Positions 31,429-41,664 of a stretch of DNA of 64,000 bases are shown here, piece by piece. Under the pieces are notes generated by a model that had not been told where the DNA came from, made no database searches, and worked only from the letters and a program-made list of their open reading frames with translations. The translations under genes and the position numbers were made by a program. The DNA lies in the NCBI GenBank assembly GCA_963761335.1, contig CAVXGR010000018.1:704001-768000 (forward strand). Direction: 5' to 3'. Origin of the DNA: an uncultured delta proteobacterium (GTDB taxonomy: Bacteria; Desulfobacterota; Binatia; HRBIN30; BPIQ01). Each line of letters starts with the position of its first letter. Position 1 is the stretch's first letter.

Positions 31429-32120
31429 TGCGGCTGCGCAGCGGTAGACTCGAGCTCGAGCTGCACGAATGGGGCGGCAGCGGCGCGGCGCCGCCGTTGC
31501 TTCTGCTGCACTCGCTGTACGGATCGGCGGACGAGTGGGGAGAGCTGCCGGCGGCCTGGCCGGGGGCCGTGTACGGCCTGGACTTCAGCGGTCACGGCGC
31601 CTCTGCCTGGAGCAGCGGCGGCGCTTATTGCCCGGAGCTCTTCGCCTGCGAGGCAGAGGCGGCGCTCGAGCATCTCGGTCAGGCGGTCCTCGCCGGGCGC
31701 GGCATCGGCGCCTACGTGGCCCTGCTGCTCGCCGGGGGCCGCAGCGCCCAGGTGCCGGCGGCAGTGCTCCTGCCGGGGGTGGGTCTCGCCGGCGGTGGCG
31801 CCGCCCCCAGCGCGTTGCATCGCCTTCCGCTGCTGGGTGTTTCCGAGACTCGAGAGAGCGGCGCCGCTTGCGATCCGTACGTGCGGGCCCTCGATTTCGA
31901 TATCCGCCCGGTCGACTATGCCTTGGCGTTCGCCGGCGCGGCGCGGCGGCTGATCCTCCTCGACGACGGCGCTCCGAAGCCGCCCTGGTGGGAAGCGGTG
32001 CGGGGCCAGCCGGGTGTCGAGCCCAGCGGCGAGGCGCCGCGCGGGCTCCTCGGGCGCCTCGCGGAGGATCTCGCGGTTACGCGATCCGCGTCGAGTGTCC
32101 GGCCCAGTAGCGGTCCTTGA
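31428..32120 (+). CDS. Alpha/beta hydrolase-fold protein lacking the nucleophile Ser
   Basis: TGATG coupling; LLHSL, DFSGHGAS, elbow reads GRGIG. Confidence 0.7.
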   Translation: MRLRSGRLELELHEWGGSGAAPPLLLLHSLYGSADEWGELPAAWPGAVYGLDFSGHGASAWSSGGAYCPELFACEAEAALEHLGQAVLAGRGIGAYVALLLAGGRSAQVPAAVLLPGVGLAGGGAAPSALHRLPLLGVSETRESGAACDPYVRALDFDIRPVDYALAFAGAARRLILLDDGAPKPPWWEAVRGQPGVEPSGEAPRGLLGRLAEDLAVTRSASSVRPSSGP

Positions 32121-33630
32121 GCAGCCGCTTGTAGAGCTTGCCGGTCGGATGTCGCGGCAGCTCGGACTCGAAGTCGATCGAGCGCGGACACTTGTAGCGG
32201 GCGAGATGCTGGCGGCAGAAGTCCATCAGCTCTTCCGCCAGGACGGGCCCGGCGTTGGCCATGTCGACCGGCTGGACGACGGCCTTGACCTCCTCGCCGA
32301 GGTCTTCGTTGGGGATGCCGAAGACGGCGACGTCGGCGACCTTGGGGTGCATCACCAGGACGTTCTCCGCCTCCTGCGGGTAGATGTTCACGCCTCCGGA
32401 GATGATCATGTTGGCCTTGCGGTCGGTCAGGTAGAGGTAGCCGTCGCCGTCGAGATAGCCGATGTCGCCGAGGGTGGACCAGCCCTTGGCGTTCCGCGAG
32501 CCGCGCGTCTTCTCGGGGTCGTTGTGGTACTCGAAGCTGGGGCCGGCGCCGAAGTAGATCGTCCCGACCTCCCCGGTGGGCACCTCCTCGCCGTCGTCGC
32601 CGACGATGTGGGTCTCTCCCAGTATGGCGCGGCCGACCGAGCCGCGATGCGCCAACCATTCATCCGAGGTGATGGTGGTGAAGCCGTTTCCCTCGGTGCC
32701 GGCGTAGTACTCGTAGAGGACCGGCCCCCACCAATCGATCATCTGCTCCTTCACCGGAACGGGGCAGGGGGCAGCGGCGTGCACCGCCACGCGCAGGCTG
32801 GACAGGTCGAACCGGTGCCGCTCCTCCGCGGGCAGCTTGAGCATGCGCACGAACATCGTCGGAACCCATTGGCTGTGGCTGATGCGGTGCTCCTCGATGA
32901 GCCGCAGCGCCGCGAGCGGCTCGAAGCGCTCCATGAGCACGCAGGTCGCGCCCAGGCGCTGCAGATTCATGCAGAAGCGCAACGGGGCGGCGTGGTAGAG
33001 CGGCGCCGGCGACAGATACGCGGAGTCGGCGCCGAAGCCGTAGAGCGCCACCAGCAGCCGCACCAGCGGCGTCGGCGAGCCGGCCGGGTTGCCGCTGAGC
33101 GGCACCCGGACCCCTTTCGGTCGTCCGGTCGTCCCCGACGAGTAGAGCATGTCCTGGCCTTCGCACTCGTCGCTCACCGGGGCGGCGGGGTGAGCGGCGA
33201 CGGCGTCCTCGTACGACTCGTATCCGGCAATGGCGCCGTCGAGCATGAGGCGGCGCTGCACCCCCGGCAGGCGCTCGCCCAGGGCCGCGGCAAGCTCGGC
33301 CTTGTAGGCCGAGGTGATGAATACCTTGGCGCCGCAGTCGCCGACGATGTACTCCACCTCGGCTGGCGTCAGCCGAGAGCTGATCGCCGTGTAGTAGAGG
33401 CCGGAGCGCTGCGCCGCCCAGGTGATCTCGAGGAAGCGGGGGTGGTTCTCGAGGCAGAGGGCGATGGCGTCCCCGGGCCGCAGGCCGCTGGCACGGAGCA
33501 TCTGCGCACAGCGGTTCGATCCTTCGTCGAGCTCGCGATAGGTGATTGCCTGGCCGGTCGACGCCATGATGTAGGCGGCCTTGTCGGGCGTCGTCCGCGC
33601 GTGCGTGGCGGGGTAGAGGGGCATGTCCAT
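32077..33630 (-). CDS. Acyl-CoA synthetase (AMP-binding, FadD-like)
   Basis: YSSGTTGRPKG, PLYHAAP, YAGTE, GDIG, DRKANMIISGGVNIYP, PTGKL. Confidence 0.92.
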   Translation of the reverse strand: MDMPLYPATHARTTPDKAAYIMASTGQAITYRELDEGSNRCAQMLRASGLRPGDAIALCLENHPRFLEITWAAQRSGLYYTAISSRLTPAEVEYIVGDCGAKVFITSAYKAELAAALGERLPGVQRRLMLDGAIAGYESYEDAVAAHPAAPVSDECEGQDMLYSSGTTGRPKGVRVPLSGNPAGSPTPLVRLLVALYGFGADSAYLSPAPLYHAAPLRFCMNLQRLGATCVLMERFEPLAALRLIEEHRISHSQWVPTMFVRMLKLPAEERHRFDLSSLRVAVHAAAPCPVPVKEQMIDWWGPVLYEYYAGTEGNGFTTITSDEWLAHRGSVGRAILGETHIVGDDGEEVPTGEVGTIYFGAGPSFEYHNDPEKTRGSRNAKGWSTLGDIGYLDGDGYLYLTDRKANMIISGGVNIYPQEAENVLVMHPKVADVAVFGIPNEDLGEEVKAVVQPVDMANAGPVLAEELMDFCRQHLARYKCPRSIDFESELPRHPTGKLYKRLLKDRYWAGHSTRIA

Positions 33631-33874
33631 GCCGTCTTTCATAGGGCCGTTCGCCGAGGAAATGAAGCTTCGCCGCCATGTGGACGTCTTTCTTTTCGGC
33701 CCCTCATGTGTCGGTATCGACCGGATGCGAGCCTCCGCCCGCAGCCTGGCGCCGGTCCCCGCCCGGTCGAACCAACTCGATTGCCCGCCGCGGCGCCGTT
33801 GGAGTAGAAATGCGAGGAATTGCTGAGAACGACGACTGCCAGCTGCCTGACCGGCACTGAGGAGGGAATTCTTT

Positions 33875-34519
33875 GTGGAAGAATTGAGCATACTGCAGAT
33901 GATCGAGCGGGGGTGGATGGCGACCTATCCCCTCATCTTGATGTCGGTGGTGGTGGTCACCATCATCTTCGAGCGTCTCTGGTCGCTGCGCAACGTGGTA
34001 TCGGACACCCTGACGCTGTCCGGGAATCTCTGCCCGCAGCTGGAGAAGGGCGAGTTCGCCACGGCGCTCAGCGCCAGCCGGGAGCAGGCCGTGAAGCCGG
34101 CGGGCCGCATCTTCACCGACGTGCTGGCGCGGCACCAGAGCGACTCGCTCGAGTATCTCTCCGACCTCACCGAGGAGAAGCGCTTCGAGGAGATCGAGGC
34201 CCTCAAAGGGCCGCTGTGGGTCCTGGGGACGGTCGGCGCGAGCGCTCCGTTCATCGGCCTGTTCGGCACCGTGGTCGGCATCGTCAAGGCCTTTCACAGC
34301 ATGGCGCTGATGGGCAGCGGCGGCTTCTCGGTGGTCGCCGCGGGCATCTCCGAGGCTCTGGTGGCCACCGCTCTCGGCCTGGTGGTCGCCATCATCGCGG
34401 TGATCTTCTACAACTACTTCCAGACGCGGCTGGAGCGCATCGAGGCGGCGATGACCATTGCCTGCAATCGCGTCGTCGACGCGATCTATCTGGGGCGGAG
34501 GAGCAATGGCGCTCGGTAG
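33875..34519 (+). CDS. MotA/TolQ/ExbB proton channel
   Basis: APFIGLFGTVVGI, GISEALVATALGL. Confidence 0.9.
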   Translation: MEELSILQMIERGWMATYPLILMSVVVVTIIFERLWSLRNVVSDTLTLSGNLCPQLEKGEFATALSASREQAVKPAGRIFTDVLARHQSDSLEYLSDLTEEKRFEEIEALKGPLWVLGTVGASAPFIGLFGTVVGIVKAFHSMALMGSGGFSVVAAGISEALVATALGLVVAIIAVIFYNYFQTRLERIEAAMTIACNRVVDAIYLGRRSNGAR

Positions 34520-34931
34520 TCTCAAGGGACGTGCCCGTTCTCCGATCATGGCGGAGATCAACATCACGCCGCTCACCGACATCTTCCTGGTCCTGCTCAT
34601 CATCTTCATGGTGACCAGCGCCGCGATGGTCGAGTCGGGGGCGAAGATCGAGCTGCCCGAGGTCGACAGCACCTCGAGCCAGCCGCGAGAGATCACCATT
34701 ACCGTCACCCCCGATCACCAGCTCTACGTGAACTCCGACCTGACCGCCTACGACGATCTCGAGGGGGTGATCCACGGCTTGGTCAGCGGCCGGCCGGAGG
34801 TCCCCGTGGTGCTCGAGGGCGACCGCGACGTTCTCTTCGGCGACGCCGTGAAGATTCTCTCCATCGCTCAGAAGGCGGGCGCGACGCAGATCGCCATCGC
34901 CGCGGAGCGGCGCGCCGGAGGAGGCCGTTGA
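34506..34931 (+). CDS. ExbD/TolR family protein
   Basis: EINITPLTDIFLVLLIIFMV; ATG 34506. Confidence 0.9.
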   Translation: MALGSLKGRARSPIMAEINITPLTDIFLVLLIIFMVTSAAMVESGAKIELPEVDSTSSQPREITITVTPDHQLYVNSDLTAYDDLEGVIHGLVSGRPEVPVVLEGDRDVLFGDAVKILSIAQKAGATQIAIAAERRAGGGR

Positions 34932-36082
34932 GTCGAGACCCCCGGGACCCCGACAGGCCGGAGAGCTTCGATCCATGGGCGCCGCGGCGCGGGCGGACGT
35001 TCCGCTTCTTCGCCGTGTCTTCCGTGGTGCACGCCGGCTTGCTGGTGTTGCTGGCGACGGTGACGCTGCAGATCGTTCGCAAGGTCGAGGAGATCCGGGT
35101 GCGCGTCGTGGAGCCGCCGCCGAGCCTGGAGGACGTCGAGGGCGCCCCGTCGCTCAGTGATCTCGAGGGCGTCCTCAAGGTCTCGCGGGCCCAGGTGCAC
35201 AAGGCGCGTCCCGCGGGGCCGCGCATCCGGAACGTCAAGGCGCCGGACCTGCCCAAGCTCGGCGGGATCGGTCCGAAGATCGGCCGCGGTCCGAAGATCG
35301 ACGACGCCGCACCGCCGCTCACCTTCGGCGCCGGGGGCGGCGGCGGGGGCATCGGCGGCCTGGGCGGAAGCTTCGGCGACTACGTCGGCGGCCTGCGCAA
35401 GGTGGGGCTCGACGTGGCGCTGGTGATCGACACCACCGACAGCATGCAGTTCGCCATCGACGAGGTGAAGGAGAAGCTGGCGTCCTTCGTCGCCGCCCTG
35501 CAGCAGATGGTACCGGCGACGCGGGTGGGCATCGTCGTCTACCGCGATACCGGCGACGACTATGTCGTGCGCTGGACCGACCTGAGCTTCAAGACCAAGA
35601 AGCTGCAGGAGTTCCTCGCCAACATTCGCGCCGCCGGCGGCGGCGACTGGGAGGAGGCGGTGCGCGAGGGGATGGACGCCGCCATTCACGACCTCAAGTG
35701 GCGCAAGAAGTCCAAGCGGATCATCATCCTGGTGGGCGGCTCGCCGCCGCATCCATGGGACGTCGATGCGGTCGAAGACATGGTCTCCGACTTCCGCGCC
35801 AAGGGGGGCAACGTCAGCGCCATCGACGTCACCGAACGGCTCCACTACGAGTTCGACTACTTCATGTGGCGATCGCTGCACGGTCGCGCTCCCTATCAGC
35901 CGTCGCCGATGCCGGAGTATTACAAGGAGACCGCGAAGGTGTTCGCGCAGATCGCCCAGAAGGGCGGCGGCGAGCTGATGAGCCTCCAGCAGAACAAGAA
36001 GCTGCTGCGCGAGGTGATGGTCCTCACCTTCGGCAGTCGCTGGAAGATCGAGATGGCCAAGTACATGGACGACCTCTCCTGA
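34928..36082 (+). CDS. Single-pass TonB/TolA-like anchor + Pro/Gly linker + von Willebrand A domain
   Basis: TM with SSVVH (S-x3-H); MIDAS-like DTTDSM; GGGDWEEA. Confidence 0.75.
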   Translation: MSRDPRDPDRPESFDPWAPRRGRTFRFFAVSSVVHAGLLVLLATVTLQIVRKVEEIRVRVVEPPPSLEDVEGAPSLSDLEGVLKVSRAQVHKARPAGPRIRNVKAPDLPKLGGIGPKIGRGPKIDDAAPPLTFGAGGGGGGIGGLGGSFGDYVGGLRKVGLDVALVIDTTDSMQFAIDEVKEKLASFVAALQQMVPATRVGIVVYRDTGDDYVVRWTDLSFKTKKLQEFLANIRAAGGGDWEEAVREGMDAAIHDLKWRKKSKRIIILVGGSPPHPWDVDAVEDMVSDFRAKGGNVSAIDVTERLHYEFDYFMWRSLHGRAPYQPSPMPEYYKETAKVFAQIAQKGGGELMSLQQNKKLLREVMVLTFGSRWKIEMAKYMDDLS

Positions 36083-36157
36083 GCACCGCCGATGCCTTTG
36101 TATCGCTGCCTCTCTGCGCCCCTGTGCCTCTGCGTTGAGCGCCCTCCGCGGATCGCC

Positions 36158-38533
36158 ATGATGGCGCTGATCTTCGTCTGCGCAGTCACCGCGCCGGCGC
36201 TCGCCTCCTCCAGCGGAGAGATCCGCGCCGCCGCCGACGGCATTGCCGCCGGCAAGCCGCAGAGCCAGGGGATCGAGGGGCAGCGGCGCGCTGTCGAGCA
36301 GCTCGGGCAGCTGTCTCTCGAGCTCATCGACCAGGTGGATCAGGCGACCCTGTCGGGGCGGGAGAAAGCGCAGCGCGAGGCGCTGCGCGCCGCCTTCGAG
36401 GCGGTGGCCGCTCCCCTCGAAGCGATCTACGGCAGCAACGCCGCGCAGCTCGACCGCATGTCCAAGGAGGTCATGGACCAGGACGGGGATCTCGAGGCGC
36501 TCTACGACACCAAGGAGTGGCGAGAGGGGCAGGGCACTGCCTCGCGGGCGCTCTACTATCTCAACTGGCTGCACTTCTACGGTGCCCGGCTGTACGACGG
36601 CGACAGACGCAAGGAGCTGCTCCAGAAAGCGGAGCGCGGCTTCTCCGAGTTCTCCGTCGGCGATCGGCAGACGGAGCTGCTGGTCGAGAGCCTGCTCGGC
36701 CGTGGCCTGGTGCACCTCGAGCTCGGGCAGACCGATCAGGCCGAGCGCGATCTGCGCCTGGTCATCGATTCAAAGGAGGCCTCACCCGAGCGCCGCGCCA
36801 AGGCGAGGATCGGTCTCCTCGAGGCGTACCTGCGCGACGGCAAGATCGACAAGAGCCTCGAGGCCTCGGCGCAGTTCATCGCCGCCGTCGACAAGGGCAG
36901 CGCCCGCGCCGAAGAGGTGCCGTATCTGCGCTTCCTGCGGCTCAAGGCGCTGCTGCTCGCATCGAAGAAGGGCGGGGCGAACGCGGCGCGCTATCGCCAG
37001 GAGTCGCTGTCGCTGGTGGAGGCGCTGCGGCGCCAGGGGGGTGCCTGGAAGGAGCGCGCCGAGGCGCTGCTCAGCGCCAACGTCGATGACCCGGCACTGT
37101 GGGCCGGCAAGGCGGAGACCCCCTTCGCGCAGTGGAATCTCGCCCGGCTGCTGGTGCAGAAGGGACAGTACAAGGAGGCGCAGCCGCTGCTCGAGTCGAT
37201 CGTCAAGAGCGACGACGCCGAGGCGCGCCGCCATCGCGGTGAGGCCGCCTACATGCTCGGCGTCGCCGAGTTTCGCAGCGGCGACTACGAGAGCGCCGCC
37301 AGCCACATGCAGACGGCCGTCGACAACAAGATCGAGGAGGCCGACGAAGCGCGCTACCTGCGCTTCAAGGCTCTCGAGATGCTGATGGCGAAGCAGCCCA
37401 CCGGGGAGCTCGCGGAACGCCTGCAACGGGCCGCCAATGAGTTCGTCGCCGCCGCGCCCGAGCACAAGAACGCCTACGAGGCCTATCTCCGCATCGGCGA
37501 GCTACTGCAGGGCGAGGGCAAGCTCGACGACGCCATCGCCGCCTACGCCAAGGTGAACGGCGATCCGATGTACGAGCTGCGTGCCCGCTTCGGCACCCTG
37601 CAGTCGCGCTTCGAGCTGCTGGGGAACGATGGCGGGGGCGGCGGCAAATCGCCGGCGACCACCGGCCAGATCCAGCAGATCGGCTCGGACATCGCCGCGG
37701 TGGAGCAGCGCGCGGCGGCGCTGCGCCCACAGGGCGACGAGGCCGCGGAGGTGAAGGCGATGCAGGCGAAGACGGCACTGATGCACGCTGTCTACGCCAA
37801 CTTGCGGCGCGCCAGCGGCTCGTCCGCGGGCGCGACGGAGGATGCAGGCGACGCCGAGATCGTCGCCGCGCTGCAAGGGTTCGAGGAGAAGTATCCGAAG
37901 GAGGACGATCTCTTCGCCACTGTCCTGCGGCTGCGGCTCGAGGCTCTGGCACGCCTGGGGCGCTTCGCGGAGGCCGCCGCACAGGTGCGCGCCCACGGCC
38001 AGGTGCTGGCGTCCGCCGAGCAGCGCCAGCAGGCGCACACGCTTGCTGCCGCCTTCCTGCGCGGCGCCGCAGCCAAGGACGCCGCCGCCGCCGGTCAGGC
38101 GCGCGAAACGGCACTGGCGTTGTATCAGATCGCCAATGCCGGCGGCCCGGTCGAGGAGAAGGACAAGCTGGTGCTGGCGCAGCTCTACCAGCAGTCGGGC
38201 CGCGACGGTCAGGCGCGCGATCTCTATCAGAACCTCCTCGCCTCGGGCGGCGGCGAAGCGCCGCTGGCGCTGCGCGGGCTCGCCGCTCTCGCCGAGAAGG
38301 GCGGCGACTACGAGGGCGCGCTCGGACGCTGGCGCGAGCTCAACGGCAAGGCCCGCCCCGGCGACCGCGGCTGGTACGAAGCCCAGTACCAGATCGCCCG
38401 CCTTCTCCTCGCCTCGGGCAAGAAGGAGGCGTCCTGCAAGACACTCGAGAATCTCAAGCCGGCGATGCCCGGCCTGAGCGACGCCGACCTGCGCCGCGAT
38501 CTCGATCAGCTCTACGGCCGCGCCTGCAAGTAG
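36158..38533 (+). CDS. Exported tetratricopeptide-repeat protein
   Basis: Signal-like N-terminus; repeated helical A..LG...Y..A patterns; start uncertain. Confidence 0.75.
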   Translation: MMALIFVCAVTAPALASSSGEIRAAADGIAAGKPQSQGIEGQRRAVEQLGQLSLELIDQVDQATLSGREKAQREALRAAFEAVAAPLEAIYGSNAAQLDRMSKEVMDQDGDLEALYDTKEWREGQGTASRALYYLNWLHFYGARLYDGDRRKELLQKAERGFSEFSVGDRQTELLVESLLGRGLVHLELGQTDQAERDLRLVIDSKEASPERRAKARIGLLEAYLRDGKIDKSLEASAQFIAAVDKGSARAEEVPYLRFLRLKALLLASKKGGANAARYRQESLSLVEALRRQGGAWKERAEALLSANVDDPALWAGKAETPFAQWNLARLLVQKGQYKEAQPLLESIVKSDDAEARRHRGEAAYMLGVAEFRSGDYESAASHMQTAVDNKIEEADEARYLRFKALEMLMAKQPTGELAERLQRAANEFVAAAPEHKNAYEAYLRIGELLQGEGKLDDAIAAYAKVNGDPMYELRARFGTLQSRFELLGNDGGGGGKSPATTGQIQQIGSDIAAVEQRAAALRPQGDEAAEVKAMQAKTALMHAVYANLRRASGSSAGATEDAGDAEIVAALQGFEEKYPKEDDLFATVLRLRLEALARLGRFAEAAAQVRAHGQVLASAEQRQQAHTLAAAFLRGAAAKDAAAAGQARETALALYQIANAGGPVEEKDKLVLAQLYQQSGRDGQARDLYQNLLASGGGEAPLALRGLAALAEKGGDYEGALGRWRELNGKARPGDRGWYEAQYQIARLLLASGKKEASCKTLENLKPAMPGLSDADLRRDLDQLYGRACK

Positions 38534-38597
38534 GGAGAAGCGGCATCCCGCCGCTTCGTCTGGATCCCTCTCCACGCGAGGGCCGCGCCGCAGCCTT

Positions 38598-38742
38598 GTT
38601 CTCCGTTCTCGTCCCCGGTTCTCATCCCGTCGTTTTCCATTGTTCTGCGAGCCGCGTGAGAGCGCCCAGCTGTGGAGGATACCCGCGGCTATCAGAGCGA
38701 ATGGAAAACGACGGGATGAGGACCGGGAATGAGAACGGAGAA
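38598..38742. repeat. MITE-like family A element, complete copy, inverted relative to 23609-23757; REP-like hairpin upstream at 38534-38557
   Basis: Arms TTCTCATCCCGTCGTTTTCCATT / AATGGAAAACGACGGGATGAG. Confidence 0.8.
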
Positions 38743-38900
38743 TGACGGGAAGGAGATTCGAGGTTCCCGGTTCCCATCCCGTACCTTGGACTTTGCATCC
38801 CGGCATTGCTATCGTCGGCCCCCGCCGAGAGGAGGATTCGTTGCAGGGGGCCATTGATCGAGCATCCGGTTCCGTCCGGAACCGCCGCAGCAACTCGTAG

Positions 38901-41612
38901 ATGCGCTGGCTGCGTCGGCTGCTCGCCCTCTTCGGTCTGTTGATTGTTCTGGCGGTCGGTGCGGCGGCGGCTCTCCTCTATCTGGCCGCGCACGGCGAGA
39001 ACGTCGCGGCACTCAAGGCCATTGCTGCCCGCGCCAGCGGTGCCTTCAGCGGACAACGCACCGAGAGCCTGGACCTGGACGTGTACCTGCGGCCGCAGGA
39101 CCGCTGGCTCTCCAGCCGTGCCACTCTCGCGGTGCGCTCGCTCGAGCCGGGGCGGCGCCGGCTGTACTTTCTTCTCAACGACGCACTGAAGCTGCGCGCT
39201 CTCCACATCGAGGGCGAGCCGAAAGCGACCGCGTACCATCTCGGAATCCTGCTGGTCGTCGACGTCGGGCGGCCGCTGAAGGCGGACGAGGCGGTCAACG
39301 TGGCGCTCGAATACGAGGGCATGCCGACGGCGGGCCTCCTCGGCCTCTCGCCGGCGGAGCTGACGGCGCGCGACGTCGTGCTCACCCCGCAGGACTTCTG
39401 GTTTCCGATCGATCTGCAGGGTCAGTACGACGTGTCGGTGGCGGTGACCCTGCCGGCGGCGATGAAGGTGGTCCATGCGGGGGACGAGCAGAAACGCGTG
39501 CTGCAGGGAAATCTGCAGCGGGTCAGCTGGATCTATCCGCGCAAGGTCGCCGGGTTCTCGCTGGTCGCCGGGCCGTATCGCTCGGCCGACTCCTACTCGA
39601 AGGACGCCAAGTACCGCCTCTTCCTCGCCGACGACGTCGATCTCGACAGCGACCGCGTGCTGCAGAGCATGAGCGAGGCGAACCGGATTCTCACCGAGCA
39701 CTACGGTCCGTCCGGGTATCCGACGGTGGCGCTGGTGGTGAACCGGCGTTTCCTCCGTGGCTACAACGACGGCGCTGGGCTCATGGGCCTGTCGCTGCGC
39801 TACTTTCGCTGGGGCGACTACGGTTTCGGAAGCATCGCCCACGAGATCGGTCACAACTGGTGGGGCGCCACGGTCATGGAGAAGTGGCTGCAGCCGGGTA
39901 CCGCCGGCGAGTGGCTGGTGGAGGGATTCGCCGAGTTCTCCAGCCTCCTGGCGGTACAGGAGCGCTACGGGGACGCGGCGCTGACCCGCCGCCTGGCGCA
40001 GGAGGCCTTTGATCCGCAGCGCTCGCAAGGGCTCGACGACATGTCGGTGATCGACAACGCGCTCGGCGGCTTCGGCCCGCGCCAGACGATCTACGGCAAA
40101 GGGGCCTACGTCGCCTTCATGCTGCGGAAGGTTCTCGGCGACGAGCCGTTCTTCACGGGAGTACGCAAGTTTATCGATACCTACCGGCAGCAGTCGGCGA
40201 CCGGGAAAGACCTGCAGAAAGTGCTCGAGGAGAGCTCGGGGAAAGACCTCTCCGCCTTCTTCGACCACTGGGTGCGTTCCGACGAGCTTCTCGATCTCGA
40301 GCTCGACCAGGGAGAGGCGCCGGGCAGCGTCGTGCTGCGCAACACCGGCAACAATCCGGTGGTCGGTGAGAGCGACATCTGGGTGTTCCCGAAAGGCGAC
40401 GGGACGCCGCAGCGGCGCCGCCTGGCGGTGGGCGGGCAGCTGGAGATCGGCTGGCAGAGCACCGACCACGTGGTCGCCGATCCCCGGCTCGCCTGGGCCG
40501 ATATGCGCCGCCTGAACAACCGCTTCCCCCGCCAGCTCTTCCCCCGATATCTCGCCGTCTCCCCGGGCGGCGTGCGGGCGCTGGTGGAGAGCGGCATCTA
40601 TCCCTGGTCGGAGACGACCCTGCGGGTGGTGCAGCCCGACGATGTGATCCGCGGCAGCTGGCCGCTCGACCGCGGACTTCTCGCGCCGCCGCAGTGGCTC
40701 GACGAGGATCATCTCGTGCTCAGCAGCGAGGCCGAGGGCCAGGTGTACCCCGACATCGTCGTCTTCGACACCCGCGACGGCTCTCACCGCATCGTCGGCC
40801 GGGGTGCCGACGCGACCGTGGTTTCCGACACCATCTACGCGGCACGCGGCGACCGCCTGCTGCGCTGGAGCGGCCCGAGCTGGCGGGAAGGCACGGTCGG
40901 CCGCTGGAAGGGCTATCAGGTCTCGCAGCCGGCAGTCTCTGCGGACGGCAAGCAGCTCGCCTATGCGCTGGCGCGCGACAATCAGCTGGAGGTGCGCGTG
41001 CGCGCCATTCACCAATCCACGGAAGTGGTTGCCTTCTCCTGGGATCGCGATCTCGGTGGGCTGCGCTGGGCGCCGGATGGCAGCGCCCTCTACGCCATTG
41101 CCGGCGGCGATTGGGACTGGCAGCTGTGGGAGGTGCGGCTCGACGGACAGGGTGTCGTGCCCCTGGTGCAGGAAGCTGCTCTGCTGACCGATGCCGGAGT
41201 CTCCGCGGACGGCTCGCAGATCGCCTTCGCGGCGGCGCCGGTGCTTGCTTACCCCGAGAACCGCGAGTCCGTCTTCGTCGTGGATCTGGCGTCGAAGAGC
41301 GTGCGGCGCTTCGATATCCCCGGCGCCGACGCGCGGCGGCTGACCTGGGCCCCGAACGGGCAGCTGTGGGTGATCTCCAGCCCGTCCGGTGAGGACGTGC
41401 CCTGGCATCTCCCGGAGGAACGCCACCTGGCGCGCATCGATCCGTCCTCGGGCTCGGTTGCGGTGATTCCCAATCCGCGGCCAGCTGCGCCCCCGGGCGC
41501 AGCCCAGGGTCCGGCGGCCGCAGTGCCGCCGACGCCCCTGGGATCCGGCCTCGAGATCGAGACCGCAATGCCTCCGAGCCGGGTCGAATCGCCATCTCCG
41601 ACACCCGAGTAG
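38901..41612 (+). CDS. M1-family (gluzincin) metallopeptidase with C-terminal TolB-like beta-propeller
   Basis: HEIGHNWWG..WLVEGFAEF, IYGKGA; C-terminal SADGKQLAY, WAPDGSAL, SADGSQIAF repeats. Confidence 0.82.
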   Translation: MRWLRRLLALFGLLIVLAVGAAAALLYLAAHGENVAALKAIAARASGAFSGQRTESLDLDVYLRPQDRWLSSRATLAVRSLEPGRRRLYFLLNDALKLRALHIEGEPKATAYHLGILLVVDVGRPLKADEAVNVALEYEGMPTAGLLGLSPAELTARDVVLTPQDFWFPIDLQGQYDVSVAVTLPAAMKVVHAGDEQKRVLQGNLQRVSWIYPRKVAGFSLVAGPYRSADSYSKDAKYRLFLADDVDLDSDRVLQSMSEANRILTEHYGPSGYPTVALVVNRRFLRGYNDGAGLMGLSLRYFRWGDYGFGSIAHEIGHNWWGATVMEKWLQPGTAGEWLVEGFAEFSSLLAVQERYGDAALTRRLAQEAFDPQRSQGLDDMSVIDNALGGFGPRQTIYGKGAYVAFMLRKVLGDEPFFTGVRKFIDTYRQQSATGKDLQKVLEESSGKDLSAFFDHWVRSDELLDLELDQGEAPGSVVLRNTGNNPVVGESDIWVFPKGDGTPQRRRLAVGGQLEIGWQSTDHVVADPRLAWADMRRLNNRFPRQLFPRYLAVSPGGVRALVESGIYPWSETTLRVVQPDDVIRGSWPLDRGLLAPPQWLDEDHLVLSSEAEGQVYPDIVVFDTRDGSHRIVGRGADATVVSDTIYAARGDRLLRWSGPSWREGTVGRWKGYQVSQPAVSADGKQLAYALARDNQLEVRVRAIHQSTEVVAFSWDRDLGGLRWAPDGSALYAIAGGDWDWQLWEVRLDGQGVVPLVQEAALLTDAGVSADGSQIAFAAAPVLAYPENRESVFVVDLASKSVRRFDIPGADARRLTWAPNGQLWVISSPSGEDVPWHLPEERHLARIDPSSGSVAVIPNPRPAAPPGAAQGPAAAVPPTPLGSGLEIETAMPPSRVESPSPTPE

Positions 41613-41631
41613 ACGCGGCGTCCCGCCGCGT
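41609..41631 (+). repeat. GTAG-type REP overlapping the peptidase stop codon
   Basis: GTAGACGCGGCGTCCCGCCGCGT, identical to 10813-10835. Confidence 0.75.
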
Positions 41632-41664
41632 TGTCGGAGGGGGGGACTTTCGGGGGCGCGCCCT

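Noticed and set aside
33631..33874. Riboswitch upstream of the exbB-like gene
   Set aside because: I could not identify cobalamin or TPP consensus elements by eye; an Rfam scan would be needed.
38622..41426. 934-aa minus-strand ORF
   Set aside because: Antisense to the M1 peptidase; no independent coding signal.
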